From positions 434,001 to 498,000 of the forward strand of contig LSRY02000055.1 in assembly GCA_001643675.2 (NCBI GenBank): 64,000 nucleotides of DNA, in the 5' to 3' direction. Positions 41,801 through 54,627 of this stretch are shown here, piece by piece (positions within the stretch are counted from its first letter, which is position 1; the number at the start of each line of letters is the position of its first letter). Origin of the DNA: Monocercomonoides exilis PA203 (Eukaryota; Protista; Preaxostyla). Under the pieces are notes generated by a model that worked only from the letters and a program-made list of their open reading frames with translations, did no database searches and was not told where the DNA came from. Both the position numbers and the translations under genes were made by a program.

Positions 41801-42121
41801 TGCTATTCTTCTCCTTCTTTTGTATTTTTCGAATAAAAAACATGAAGTGACGTCAGTGACGTCTGCAAAGTCAGTGACTTGTCTAAATTCCTATTCTACC
41901 AATCACGTCAGTAAAAAATGCATTATGGCAATTTTGATTAGTGAGAATATGAAAATAATTCCTCGCAAAAATAGAAATAAACATTTTTTTCAATAATATT
42001 TCGTGTTTTGAAAATATATATTTATAATTCTGATTATTTTTTCTTGTGACATAAATTAATTTATCACGTCCGTCAAAAATCGAAAACGTCACGTCAGAAG
42101 TAACCACGTCACCCAGGGCTA
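38872..42121. mobile_element. Non-autonomous hAT-like element with host-gene cargo
   Basis: Perfect 17-bp TIR TAGCCCTGGGTGACGTG / CACGTCACCCAGGGCTA. 8-bp TSD GATAAATA at 38864-38871 and 42122-42129. Subterminal GTGACG/CGTCAC repeats. No transposase inside. Confidence 0.88.
39320..40620 (+). pseudogene. Decayed copy of an expanded hypothetical-protein family, inside the hAT-like element
   Basis: Fragments KKFSNLFSQME*FDEDE*KQK, CVRCFVNALLKREDYEEIQTEVNMALLSL and EIMEYHPEHNNL. Probable GT-AG intron at 39837-39878. Family assignment is from my recollection only. Confidence 0.6.
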
Positions 42122-42319
42122 GATAAATATATTTATTCAAAATGAATATTAGTGTGTGAACTCATTTAGGACTTCATATCAAATTTCTTGAAACATCTCA
42201 TTTTTATTGCATTTTTTGATTAAATTTATATTGTGTTTGTTCATTCAACCGAATGACAAAAGAAGTATCATTTAATTCTTAAGCAGTTTCCAGAACATCA
42301 ATGAAACAATTATCCTTTG

Positions 42320-45300
42320 AACATCCTTAAGTGATAGGCATAATTAAAGCAGTGTCATTCCATTTTTTGATAACCGTAGATGTTGCAGTTCTTCTGATGG
42401 TGCAGGAGGAGAAATTATTTATTTGGAGCCAGTTGACGCTATTATTTATTCAAATTGCATATTTTGTTATTGTAATTCAATGCGTGGAGGCAACTCTGTT
42501 TACATATCAAAAATTCAATTAATTGAGGAATACTGTTTTTGTTGTTGTTTTTTTCATAATAATACATGTGACAAATCAACCCTTGATATTAATCTTTGTT
42601 ATTCTTCAGAAAACAACATTGATACTTGCTTCTATTTAAACAGACAAACAAAAAACAGAGTCAACAAAAATTATTCGAAAATTGTTGAACGAAGTGAAAG
42701 ACTTCGTAAAGATTTTGGAATAACCAGATTTGTCTTTTCAACTGCAACAGAATTCAATTCCATTGAAACATATGTGTGTGAAAAAAACAAAAGCTATCCT
42801 TGCAACACAATCAGCCATTGCCTCACTCAACTAATCCCAGACTTTGTCACTGATGTCGAGATAGGGTCAGTTATTTATCTGGACCTTTTTTTTTAACGGT
42901 GCCTAAATTTTTAAATAGAAAATTAAAATTCGCACTTTTTATATATTTATTAACATTATCAGAATTTAAGCAAACCCTGAAAATTAGGATAATTACATTT
43001 GAATACGAAGCCTATTTCCAATGGGGGGGAGATAGGGGGGTTAATCCCTTCCATCAAAAAAAATAAAAAAACAGGTGGGTGACAATGGGTATAAAACCAT
43101 TAAAATTCGTATTAAATGTAAATAAAAATATAATTTCAATGAAAATTGAAAATTAAAATTTATAAATTAATTAATTGGATTTCAGATCATAACCATAATA
43201 AAAAAACGAAAATTGCTGTGGAACAAAAGAGAATTGCTGGACAAAGGAAATTACGTGCTGCAATGAAATCTTTCGATTACAGAAGGATTGACAATCGGCT
43301 GGAACGGATGGCGCGTATTGTGTTTGATGGAGTTGTCAGGATTACAGACATGATAAACTTTATGGAATTCTCACTCAAAAGGATTAAAAACGCTGTTCGG
43401 GCGCTGAGAAGCAAAAGGCTAGTTTCAAAAGTTGGTAGACCGCAATTTGTTATCGGAGACAAAGAACAAATTGTGCTGGATGAAATTATCATTGAATCAA
43501 GATCTGGAAGCTGTTTGCATAAACGGAAAGTTCGCGAACTGGTTTGTTGTTGTTAAATAATTAATAATTCTAATAAATATATTAGATGGAAAATGTAATT
43601 AATGATACAGACGACGAAGAAACCTTATTCATAAACGTTTCAATGGGAACCGCATACCAATTTGTGAAGCTCCATCCCAAGATGAAGAGAAGTTCTCCGA
43701 AATATGTAGATGTTAATCGCCTTGCGGTGTCATGCCATATTGAAAATCAACACTTGTATTCAGCTGGACAGTAAACATGAAAAAAATGGATAATAAAAAG
43801 AACAAATATTCAATATGGATGATTCATTAATGAGAGTTCCAGCCACTTCAAAACTGAGCGTGGTTCATCCGAAAAATGAAAATCCAGTATTTCGTAAAGA
43901 ACCACCGAAAATGGCGAATTCTACACTGGTTGCTGCTGTGGTTGATGGTTGATTTGCTCTTCCTTCTGTGATTCTATGGTCTTGAAAGAGCTTTCATGAT
44001 GAAATGAAGTAGCTCCTATCACAGACTCTGGATATATGTCCGAACGGAAGTGGTTGGATGGGCTGCAACCTATTTCAAAAAGGATACACTTTCAACACTT
44101 CTTCCAAAAATCATCGCCTTCAGAAAGCGCATGTCACTTGAGTATTCTTGATGCCTGCTTCTCATCGACTCACACATTTCTTGAGCAGATCCGACAATCT
44201 GGAGAGAATTTCAAAAAGAAAATATCGACATCGTCACCTTCATTCCTCACAGCACACAAATCATCCAGCCTCTTGACAGAGGAGTTTTCGCTGTTCTCAA
44301 AACAGAGCTGCAAACAAAATAAGAACCTCCATCTTCGTCGACATCTTCATCGAAAAGAACAGCTCTTGTGGGTGTTCTCCCTCAAGCAATTCATACCACC
44401 CTCTCACCTGCTGTCATTAAGAAAACCTTCACAACGAGTGGAGTTCTTCATAACGAATCTGGACCGATTCTCATGAAGCTTCCAAAAACATCAGAATATC
44501 AACCTTCATCACATTCAAATAGATTCGACTTCTATGGAAAGTTAATAACTGATGAGAAGCTTCTGAATGATTGGAGTGAACATTTGGGAATTAAAAAAGA
44601 AGAAAAAGTTGAAAAAGAAGAAAAAGTTGATGATGAAAAGAATTCAATGGAAGAAATGAAAGAAGCAAAGCAAAAAAAGATGAAGAGAAAGAGTCTTTGG
44701 TTGAAAGGAAAAAAATAATGAAAAATTAAGAAGTGAAAGAAGATGATTATGAAAATGAAAAGGAAGAAATCAATGAAAGTTAAAGAAAAAATGAATAAAG
44801 AAAAGATATACGCAAATTGGATTAGTCATTTGTGTTTTTTAAATTTTTATAAAATTTTTTTCATATCAAAAAAAAAAGGTCCCAATAAAAAAAAAGGGTT
44901 CCGATAAATAACTGATCCTATTCAGTAGAACGATAATCGAAACAAATAGTTTTGATTGCGGAGTCAACACTTTTTCAATTAACGGTCAAAACGAAATGAG
45001 TACAACAGTCAAAATGGAATTTGAGGCTGCTGGGTTGTCTCATTTTCTGTCTTGACAGGCACATTATTTATCAGAAGCTTTTTTCTTGTTCATTACTTTT
45101 CATAGGCAAATTATCGAGATTTTAGACTGTTTGAAGTGAATGGAATAGGAGAGATGAATAGTCACAAACTGAATATTTCTGCTGAAAGAAGACAATCATC
45201 GGAAACAGTATTTTTCTCAGAGCTGATATTTACAATGAGATCCTTCTGATGGGAAGTGTGAACAGAGCAAAGACTATCTCCGAAACTTTGTTATTTTCAT

Positions 45301-45420
45301 AATTGTCAACACAAGAAATTTCTTTTCCACCAACTGAATGAATATTCTATTGATTTTAAAGAACAATAAAGTATCATTTTGAAGACATTTGATGAAGAAA
45401 GAAATCAACAAATGCGCAGA
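42320..45420 (+). pseudogene. N-terminal fragment of a beta-helix surface protein interrupted by pogo copy B
   Basis: ORF 42423-42896 parallels 16518-16958. Removing 42864-44920 restores TDVEI-FSRTIIETNSFDCGVNTF, compared with TDIEILTGTITETKNVDCGIYTF in the paralogue. Confidence 0.8.
42864..44918 (+). mobile_element. pogo-like DDE_1 DNA transposon, copy B: complete ends, defective transposase
   Basis: TA TSD at 42862-63 and 44919-20. TIR GGGTCAGTTATTTATCTGGACC versus rc GGATCAGTTATTTATCGGAACC (19/22). Transposase remnants LLIDSH and QPLDRGVFAVLK in shifted frames. Confidence 0.92.
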
Positions 45421-45442
45421 ATCCACAATCGAAGCAGATGAT

Positions 45443-46942
45443 GGTATAATCCGAAGATATCGTCATCCTCAGATCTTATTGAAAATTTGTTGGTAATTCA
45501 ATAATGCATTGCACATCATTATTATGCTATTGTCGCATGTCGGAAATAAATGGTTTTGGAGAAAAAAATTTTTTTAATTTTTGTGATCAAAAAAAATAAT
45601 AAAAAATTATATTTAAAAAAGTGATTTATATCCATCAAATTTATGTGAAAAAAGTTGTATTTGATAAAAATGATGTGAAATAATCATCAATATAAATTTT
45701 TAGGGTTCATATTCAGATGCACTTTCACCATCTCCTGCTCCATTGTCACTTTCTGACTCTGTTTTCTCTCCTTCAACTTTTTCACCAAAAATATCATCTA
45801 TATCAGCAATTTCTTCAGATTCTTCTTCTTCAATTTCGTTTTCCTCTATTTCTTTTTCATCGTCAACATCATTTTCCATGCAAAGGTACTTAACGAGTTC
45901 AGTAAAAGTGATGTTAAATGAAGATTTGACAAGATAAAGAGATAGATAATCATGCATCAATCGAATGCGAGTTCCAAAAGACGGAAAAGTGCATCGCAAA
46001 TGATGCCACAACCCCTCTATTGTATTTGTGCATGCTCCTGTGTCCTTATTGAAGAATTGCCTTTTGTGGCAAACTTTCAAATGCTTGTAACCCAGAGTCT
46101 CCAAAATGTCGTACGCTCTCCATTCATCAGACATGATTGTTGTCCCTTCCTTTATGTACTTCTGTATCAATGGAATGAGTGTTTCTCTTTTTCTGTTTGG
46201 CACAACGACCATGAATCTTCCTCCAGCTCCTCCATCCTCTTTCCTCTCCACACCTCCAAAAATCCAAATTTGTTTCTTCTTTCTTCCGCGATGAAATTTT
46301 CTTTTCCTCCATATTGCTTCATCAATCTCTACAATTTTGCCTTCTCCTCCAATTGATACCTGCCTCTCATTCCATATCTCAGCACATGTTTTTCTGATAA
46401 CACTTCCCCAATAGCCAACTGTGTCTTCATCGATAAATAGTAACGTTGCAATAGTTTTATTAGGAATTTTCATCCAGTAATATCGACAAACAAGCAGAGT
46501 GATACCCAATCCTATTTTTGTTTTGCTGAATTTCGTATCGGAAAGAACGCTTGTCTTTGTCTTGCACGTGGGACAGGCAAAATATCTGTATTTTCCATTT
46601 TTGTGTATATGTTTGAAGGCTCTATGCTTGCTGCACATCGGAATACGATCACTGACGATTTCATTAATGAACCAATCCCATGCCTTATCATCATTATAAA
46701 ACAAACGATTGAGCTCGGATATTTCTTCTTTTTTGATGAGCTTGACATCTCGTGCCATGAGATCAATTTTGATCAAAACCCATAAAATAAATAAAAAATT
46801 AAAATATTGTGGGATTTATTTTTTTTTTGGAAACACATTTCCGACACATAAAACTATTTTATTTATTGTTATAATGTGTTAAAAAGACAAAATAATTACA
46901 AATTTTTGAATTTTGAAGATGACGATATCTTCGGATCATGCC
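45443..46942 (-). mobile_element. Merlin (IS1595/IS1016-related) DNA transposon, apparently intact
   Basis: 25-bp TIRs GGTATAATCCGAAGATATCGTCATC / rc GGCATGATCCGAAGATATCGTCATC. 8-bp TSD CAGATGAT at 45435-45442 and 46943-46950. Length 1500 bp. Confidence 0.95.
45700..46758 (-). CDS. Merlin/ISXO2-like DDE transposase (~352 aa from the first in-frame ATG)
   Basis: Zn-ribbon C-x2-H..CPTC, IGGEGKIVEIDE, WIFGGVER, IMSDEWRAY, TNTIEGLW and an acidic tail. The ORF is uninterrupted. Confidence 0.95.
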   Translation of the reverse strand: MARDVKLIKKEEISELNRLFYNDDKAWDWFINEIVSDRIPMCSKHRAFKHIHKNGKYRYFACPTCKTKTSVLSDTKFSKTKIGLGITLLVCRYYWMKIPNKTIATLLFIDEDTVGYWGSVIRKTCAEIWNERQVSIGGEGKIVEIDEAIWRKRKFHRGRKKKQIWIFGGVERKEDGGAGGRFMVVVPNRKRETLIPLIQKYIKEGTTIMSDEWRAYDILETLGYKHLKVCHKRQFFNKDTGACTNTIEGLWHHLRCTFPSFGTRIRLMHDYLSLYLVKSSFNITFTELVKYLCMENDVDDEKEIEENEIEEEESEEIADIDDIFGEKVEGEKTESESDNGAGDGESASEYEP

Positions 46943-49900
46943 CAGATGATATATGAGACGATGCTCTGTAACAGTAGATATTGGTTACTGAGTCGAGGAA
47001 GATCAACGCTTTCCACTCGAAGAAGCCAGAAGCCGAACAGATTCAAAAGGATCAGAATAAGACGAGGAAGTGCGCATTAGCAAAGTTGCAGTGCCGGCGT
47101 TGTACGGAAGGAGATAGTTATCAGATGCTGTCTCGATGCAAATCTGAGAAAGATACATCATTGAACACTTCAACAAAAGTGCCATTGAGTCAATAGAAAG
47201 ATGATTGTTCACATCCGCAGTGACACCAACTTAACCACAGCATTCAAAGTGAAATAGAAATCAATTCAATCATCTCTTTCCAATGTCGCAACCTCTCCAA
47301 TCGCTTCATTGTTGACGATCACCTCTGCGCTTATTCCTGCTCCAAAAGGCATGAATTCCCCATCTGACTTTTAACGTCCACTTCTTCTTCTCATTCACAT
47401 TCCTTTCGCATTTTCTTAACTCTGTTATCTTCACGAATTGAATTTCCTTTCATCAAACTTTTTCTTTAAGATGAAGAATTTCACCTATTCTGATTGCCAA
47501 TTCATTGCAGAATCTCTATCTATTTCTCAAACTCTACTAGCTTCAGCATCCGCAGAGCACGCTCCTCAGCAGCCGGAGGTACCATTGCTTTTGCAGTTTC
47601 ATCTGGTTCCATTTGATAATTTTCTCAAAACACACTTTGCAGTGTTAGATAACCGCTTTTCACCTCATTTATATCAACATCTTTTTTCCATGTTCCTTTT
47701 TCCTCTGCCTCTTCTTTCTCCTCCAGCACTGTAAGCTCCAACAACAGTCGCACCATCTAGAACAACGTTCACCTCCTTTCTTTCCACCACACTTCCAACT
47801 GCTCGGCCTCCGCTCGCAGCTTCAGTACTCCCCCAGCTGATACTACTGAAAGCACAATCACCAGGTCTTCGAGAACTGGAAAGCCGTTTTCACAATCGAA
47901 CTGTTATCTGACCAAAATAGAGGAGATATACAGTTGGCTGCATGAATCATATTCAATAGCCACAGGCACAGCGTGAAGAAGTTGAAGCGCTGGTGCGCCT
48001 CCAGCCCAGACGCATATCATGGAAAACAGCACCCGGACGCAGGAATGCATTCCGTAATATTCGCAGCGACGGCCCAAGAAGCGTATGCAAATGGCACACA
48101 CGAAAGAAATTCCATTTTATCTTGTGAGATTCCTCTGCAAGCTGCCTTAGATAAAGAATTTGTAGAAATCGATATATAGCAACAAAATATTACATTATAC
48201 AGAGCTTTTATCACCTCCTTCCACGTTGCTGTTTCTGCCCTGCAGTTGTTCTACAGAAACCCCAGAAACACAGATATATCCGCATCCACATTCTTCGACT
48301 GCATTCCCTCAAACTCCAAAAAAACATTTCGATCTTTTTTTATGAATTCTCTTCAATCAATGTATATCAGAACAAAAAGAACAATAGCTTTTCAGAATTG
48401 AACTTCTTCCACATAAACTTCCCAAACAGTCACATTTCTTCAAAGTACAATCGGAACTGTTTCATTACGAATCAACTCTCACTGCACCATGTAACTTTTC
48501 TTTTGCATTTCCTGCTTCTTTCACAGCCACATACACGCTAAATACCCAATCTCCGATCTCTGAAGCGCTTCCATTTCCCAAAGAGCGATTATTTTGCTCA
48601 AAGATTCTCCAATATTATCTCCATAAATCACCCTGATCGTCGAAAGCATCCACTCCATCAATGGCTGCAGACATGTCTCCAGCGGTCTCAGTACCAGCTG
48701 CATCTGCACAGACGACTTCTAAGTGAGCGGTTTTTGAAGCATATGCGCCTTTTTATACTCCATCTTTTCTTGCTTCCCATACACTGTGCTCATCAGCCAC
48801 TTCATATCCTTTTAAACTTCCGGCAAAGAAGGTACATCAGCCCCTTTCTTATCTGCTTCATCTATCTTTCGCATGTCCACACAGCCACTGCAGTGCTTCT
48901 TCACACGGAACCTTCATTTTCTTTCAATCATGCTTCTTTTGCGCAAGAATCATTTATTGTTTCTCAATCACCTCATTGAACAGCGCCTTCTGCTCGATGA
49001 TCGTCTGCTCCTCACTTTCGACAGTACAATCAGTTGATAGGTTTCCTTCTCTATCATGTTCACATTCTGCAGCACAGCTGCATTTTCTTTTCCCCACTGT
49101 CCGACTCCCCACTTCCGTTTGTTCTGATCCCTTTCTTCTTTTCATCTGACGCTTGTCCTCTTTCCACCGCAGATGTTTCCTTATTTCACAGCAACCTCAT
49201 TTATGCTTAGCTCTGGATCAAGTAAAACAGAACTTCCATTTTTAATGATCGCTGCAATCTTCTCCTAGCACTTTTCACTCAGCCTCAACTGCAGAATCAA
49301 CAAAGCCAAATTAGGAATTATTCCACTCGATGCAAATGCCAACAAAGAAAGTGTGGCAAACGGAAACTCCAAAATTGCCTGTGACCCTCCTCGGCTCACA
49401 CTCACCACTTCACCGTGCTGTTTCTGAAACTTCTATTTTTTCTAAATCTCTTCATTGATCAACAACACTTCTTCATCATCTCGACAAGTTGCTCCAGCAG
49501 CGTTGAAGCTGCTGAGTTGTACGTAGTTCTCAGCTCCAAAATGTTCCTCTGGTTCATCCGAATTATCTTGTAATTCTCCAGCATGTTCTCAGCAAGCCAT
49601 CTTGTCCACTTCAACGTCCGCACGTTGTCGAATATTTTTGCATCAGCATGGAGATCTCCGAATGCCTCTTCTTCATCTCATGCTTCATGTCATCGTGCTG
49701 CTCCTTCTTGTTCTCCTTCTCTTCCTCCTCTGCTGCCTTCTTCCCTTCGCTTTTCAATTCGCTGAACATTGAAGTCGATAAAGAAAATAATTGACGTTTA
49801 GAAAAGAGAAGAATGACGAACTTCGTTGGTTGCAAGACTTTTTTTGAGATAAGTCTTTTTATTTTCCAGCAGCTCTATCTGCCTCACAATCACAACATCT

Positions 49901-50699
49901 ACGGTTCAACTTGAATTTTTGAAAAGCTATGAGTGCTCGATGTTTTCGAACTTCATGAAAAGATGGAATAGCGTTTCTTTTTTGAATAAGTTGAAATGAA
50001 TGAAGAAAGTTAAAATAAGCAGCCGATATTTTCATATGATGATAGTTTGAAAAATATGTTCAGAATTCTTTTTCGTTTTTTTTTTTGTTTATTTCCAAAA
50101 AGAAAAAAACTAACAAAGCTTATCGATCATAAACAATTAACATTTAAGCTGTTATATTCAACTATGATCAATTGTTCTCCAGTTTAAACGCAAACAAGTT
50201 CATAGTTAATTTTTTCTATTCATTAATTAAAGCATTGAAAGTTTCGAAGTTTAAAAAACTGCAAGATCAAGAAATTCAAAATCAACAGATTTGAAACTAA
50301 TATAAGATATATTCATATTCATAACTGAATTATCTTTGCAATAATTGTGATAAGTTAAATAAAAAATAACAGAAGCTCATTGTATTGTGAAAAAAAACAT
50401 GAAAATATTGAAAATAACATCATCTATAATAAAATATATTTAATTTTCATTATGAAATTTGAAAAAATAAAAAAACTTTAAATGCTAATAAAAAGAAAAA
50501 ACAAGCGAATAAAACTTTTAAGGAATAATTACGGAAAACGAAAAACAAAATTTAATACATTGTGTGTAAGAACAGGCTAAAAAAATGTGATTTTTCTAAA
50601 ATTTTCACCCATATGCCCTAGCAACTTGCACAGACATTCCTTTTTGCATGATAGATTTCCTGTTAAAAACATGCGAAATGTTATTCTAACAGTTTCGAT

Positions 50700-53480
50700 C
50701 CATCGAATGTGGAGGCCACATTCTAACTGCATCACATGAGAGCAGCATCGATTCGACAAATGTTTCAATGAGTAATATGGAACTTCTGGGCAAAAGCATT
50801 GTGTCTGTGCTGGAGCAGGGCGAATTGCAAGACGAGCCACAGGAATTGAATGCAGGAGAAGACCTAGCAGTGAATCTTAGATGCTGCACACTCCATTCGC
50901 TTCTCCAAAATGCTCCATCTGAGCCCTCCATCATCAGCTGCACTGGCAGCGAGTCTTGCAACGTGTCTGTGCAAAACACATCGATAAAGAATTGTGGAAG
51001 TAACCAAAGCGAGAAAGATGGAGGAATGATCATGAAATTGAACGAAGGAGGATTTCTCGAGTGCTGTTTTTCTGCTGTCTCAAAGTGTTTCTGCTCGGTA
51101 ACTGGAAGAAGAGTCGCGATATTCCTGGACTGCTCATCAATCACAAGAGATGGTCTGCTTCCTTTCCTGCTGAAAAACACCACGTTCATGGAGAACAAAG
51201 CATATGTGGGAAGAGACCTCTATGTGAGATGCACAAACATCAAATCTCAAATCAGCATTGAGCTATTCGAGCTCGATTTCAGAGCACCGTTTGTTCGGGA
51301 GTTTGCTATGTGGGGATGCACAGCACAAGACCATGCTGATGAACAAGATCTGCTACTGATTGGTGTTGTGTATCGGAGCGAGACGATATTTGCATCTTCT
51401 TCATACGACAACTCCTCCGATTCACCACAGCGCGGTGGAATAAGCGAACCTTGCATTTCCTTGAATGTTGCTCTGCCCCACATCATTCCTTCAGTTTACA
51501 GCAATTTTCTGATTGACAAAAGCGCTGTGGTATCAGGCGAAGCAAGCGTATGCGATGTAACGATCAAGTTGTTGGAGCAGGAAAGCGTTAAAGGGAATAT
51601 TTGGCGAACTGCTCCATTGAGAGCAAATCGAAAAGTCTTGTTACGTGCTCGTCAAGAGTGAAAATGGAATCTCTTTCGTTTTTGTTTGGGAGCGCTTTTT
51701 CTTTTTCTCATTCCAGCTAATTATCCCTTACCAATAGCAACTTGTCGATTGCAGAAACAATCTTTGCTCAAGAAGCTTCTGGTGGAGGTTCTGAAATTGA
51801 ACTGAATTGCTCGATTATTGAAATGAGCGATGTAAGATTGACGATATCTGACTGCACTTTTGCTGGTATCTGTCTCAGTTCTTCATGCCTGGCAGCAAGT
51901 CTTAGGTAGTATTTTTCGTGAACATTTCTGAATTTCACACATATTATATCTGGAGTGCTGATAGATTTTCAATATCTATCAAAGTTGCCTATGCTTCAGA
52001 AATATGCTTTCCAATTGTATCGCTCATGGATCAGGCCTCATTCTTTGCAACTGCTAAGACTGTCATCCCTTGAACATTCAAATGAGATGCACCCAGAGCG
52101 TATCGAGCATGACTGCGTTTTCCTCAGGCGGTTCAGGAGATCATTCAAACATCCAGTGCAGTTACCTGGAACTTGACGATACACACGTTTCAAAGGAATC
52201 CTTGCTCTCTGTTGAATGCGAAGATGCAAATGTTGAGATGAATTTCTTGGCCATTTTAAACACAGTGATTGAGGATGTGTGTGCAGTTAGCATGGCTTCA
52301 AATGCTTCCACATTTCATTTGAAGCAGTGATCGTTCTTAAACATTACCCAAGGTTCACTTGACTTATGATGCTTGGCTGCTTCATCTTCATCTTTGTTGC
52401 TGGAATTGGAGAATTGCACCAGCAAAAAGTGTCTTTCTCCATCTGTAAAAAGGCAGCATTGCAGCATTTGCAGATTTGACTGATGCTTGCATTTCTTCGT
52501 GTGTGTGTTTGATGGAGCGGCAAGCGTTTCAGAGTTGAGAGCGAACAGCAATTCATAATTAGAGCTGTGCCAATGCAGTGAATCGATGGTTGATCTTCAG
52601 AATTGCTCAGGAAGGATTATAGACACGAGTGTTGTCAATTCATCCAAGAGATGGCTGTCGATCTCTGGAGGAAGCATTTCTGTTCATTTTGTATTATTTG
52701 TCAACAACAGCTGAGTGCACTGGGTTGTCCATCCATGAGGAACAATATTACCTGCTCTGGTCATGAGCTTCTGAATATTCAAAGCCTGAAAGGCGGAGAT
52801 GGTTTAAAAGAGAACTCATCACTTTGGATTTTGAACTTGGGATGCAACCTTTCTGGAATTGCTTCAGAAAGAGCCTCTCCATTCTTCATTCCAAAGCTGA
52901 CTTCAGTGAATTCTCACCAGCAAGGTGACATTCTTGCAATTGAACTTGCTGGATCATTGCTCCTGCCCTGTGGCTTATCCCTCCAGGTTGATTCCTTCGA
53001 TTGAATAGTTCACGAACTCCAGGTGTATCTGCATCTGTCAGAAGAGTTTGCAGGTGAAATAGAGATTCATGAAGCCATTTCAGCATCAATTGTAACAATG
53101 CATCTGAGGAAACGTAAGTATCTGTAAAGATCTTATTTGGAAGGGCCGAATCTCCAGCTTCAACTGATTCATTTATTCTGAAGAACAGAAGAAAACATCA
53201 ATCAAAAGGGAAATTAAAAACTTGTTGAAAGTGGAAAAGAAGGAAAACGAGATGGCCGATTATAGCAATTGCGATATTTGCTTCCCGTTTCTGATTGTTT
53301 TTATTAGATTTGTTTAATTTGTTGTTCGTTGGAGAAAACAAAAGAAGAAGCTCGAAAATATAAAGAGACAGTTGATGATACAATAAAGAAGGATCCGAAG
53401 GCATACGAATGTTATCTCCAGAGGATTCGCCAGATAATCAATGGAGGAAAGTGAAGAAGAATGCAGTTAAGTGGAATATT
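50700..53480 (+). pseudogene. C-terminal part of a beta-helix surface protein, heavily decayed
   Basis: ORF 50768-51661 aligns with 11059-14172 (LDFRAPFVREFAMWGCT versus LDFRVPFVKDLAIWGCT). Also LKGGDGLKENSSLWIL..ERASPFFIP, plus TM and KKDPKA remnants at ~53250-53400. Confidence 0.85.
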
Positions 53481-54095
53481 GAGAGGATTTGTGAAAAAAA
53501 ATCTATACATAAATGTGTAATTTATTCAGTTAACGGAGAAAGTTGTTGAGATGAAAACAGCTTCAATCTATCGACTCGACTAAGAGCTTCGAAATTATAT
53601 GCTTTGTTGGCTGCAGGTCATTCCACAAACATCAATAGAAGCAAATTTTTGTTAAAGATATTTAATTACGCAGAGATCAAAAAAAGTTAAAAAGTTGAAA
53701 ATAGAACAGAATAACAAAAATAAGTTATGAATTTACTTTATTTCTAGCTCTTTTTGTGTATAAAATTTTCTTTTAACACATATCAATTTTTGTTTGAGAA
53801 TATAGAAAAATCTTAGATTTTTTGAGTTTTTCAATTTTTTTGTTGATAAAGTGAAAGATAAAACGTGAAAATATTATAATAAGTGTTCACTGCTTTTTCA
53901 TAAATACTTTATTAAAGTGTCACTTCAACCATCTTAAATAACATGACTTCATTTTAGAAAAACCCAGTTCATACAAATAAGTTGAATTAATTCAAATGAA
54001 AAAAATCCATTTACAATTCATCTATTGAACACTTATTAATTTTGATCATTACCTACATAAAATCAGAAATTTGATTATTTTTCAATAACATTGAA

Positions 54096-54343
54096 GAGAT
54101 AAGGTATACCCGCTGTGGATCCATCTCGATGAGGTCTATCATTATTATCTATTTATGAATATCTGATGGTTGTTATCATCTTGTATAATAAGTTGAATAG
54201 GCTATGATTATATGATAGAGATCGAGAGTTGTTGCTGATATTCTTAGGGGGTTATCATGATTTGATTTTCAGTGATGTTCGATAAAGATGGAGTTATTGA
54301 TTGGTGTAATCGAGATATATCCATAGCGGGTATACCATATCTC
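54096..54343. repeat. 35-bp inverted repeat with ~180-bp spacer
   Basis: GAGATAAGGTATACCCGCTGTGGATCCATCTCGAT (54096-54130) versus rc of 54309-54343, 31/35. No TSD found. Confidence 0.85.
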
Positions 54344-54627
54344 CAAGAAGGAGAATTAGCAAAAACATTAACCAGTGTGTCGAAGTTGGTAAATTAGTGG
54401 TGAATTTGTGTGAAAATTGATGTTTTCGTTGATGAAATACATGAGTTTGTAATAACAGCTTTATGTGTTGAACCTGTTTGTTAATCGTTTGTGTTATCGT
54501 TGATGGAAATAACAGGTGTGAGTGTCGAAGATGGAAAATTAGTCTGACAATTAGTGATGACAGTTGATTTTATCGTTGGTGTGATCGTGAATAAAAATAA
54601 TTGATTTTGTTTTTTGTTTTATCGTAA

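Noticed and set aside
46950-49900. Possible decayed minus-strand gene(s)
   Set aside because: The composition is coding-like, but there is no ORF or motif I can assign.
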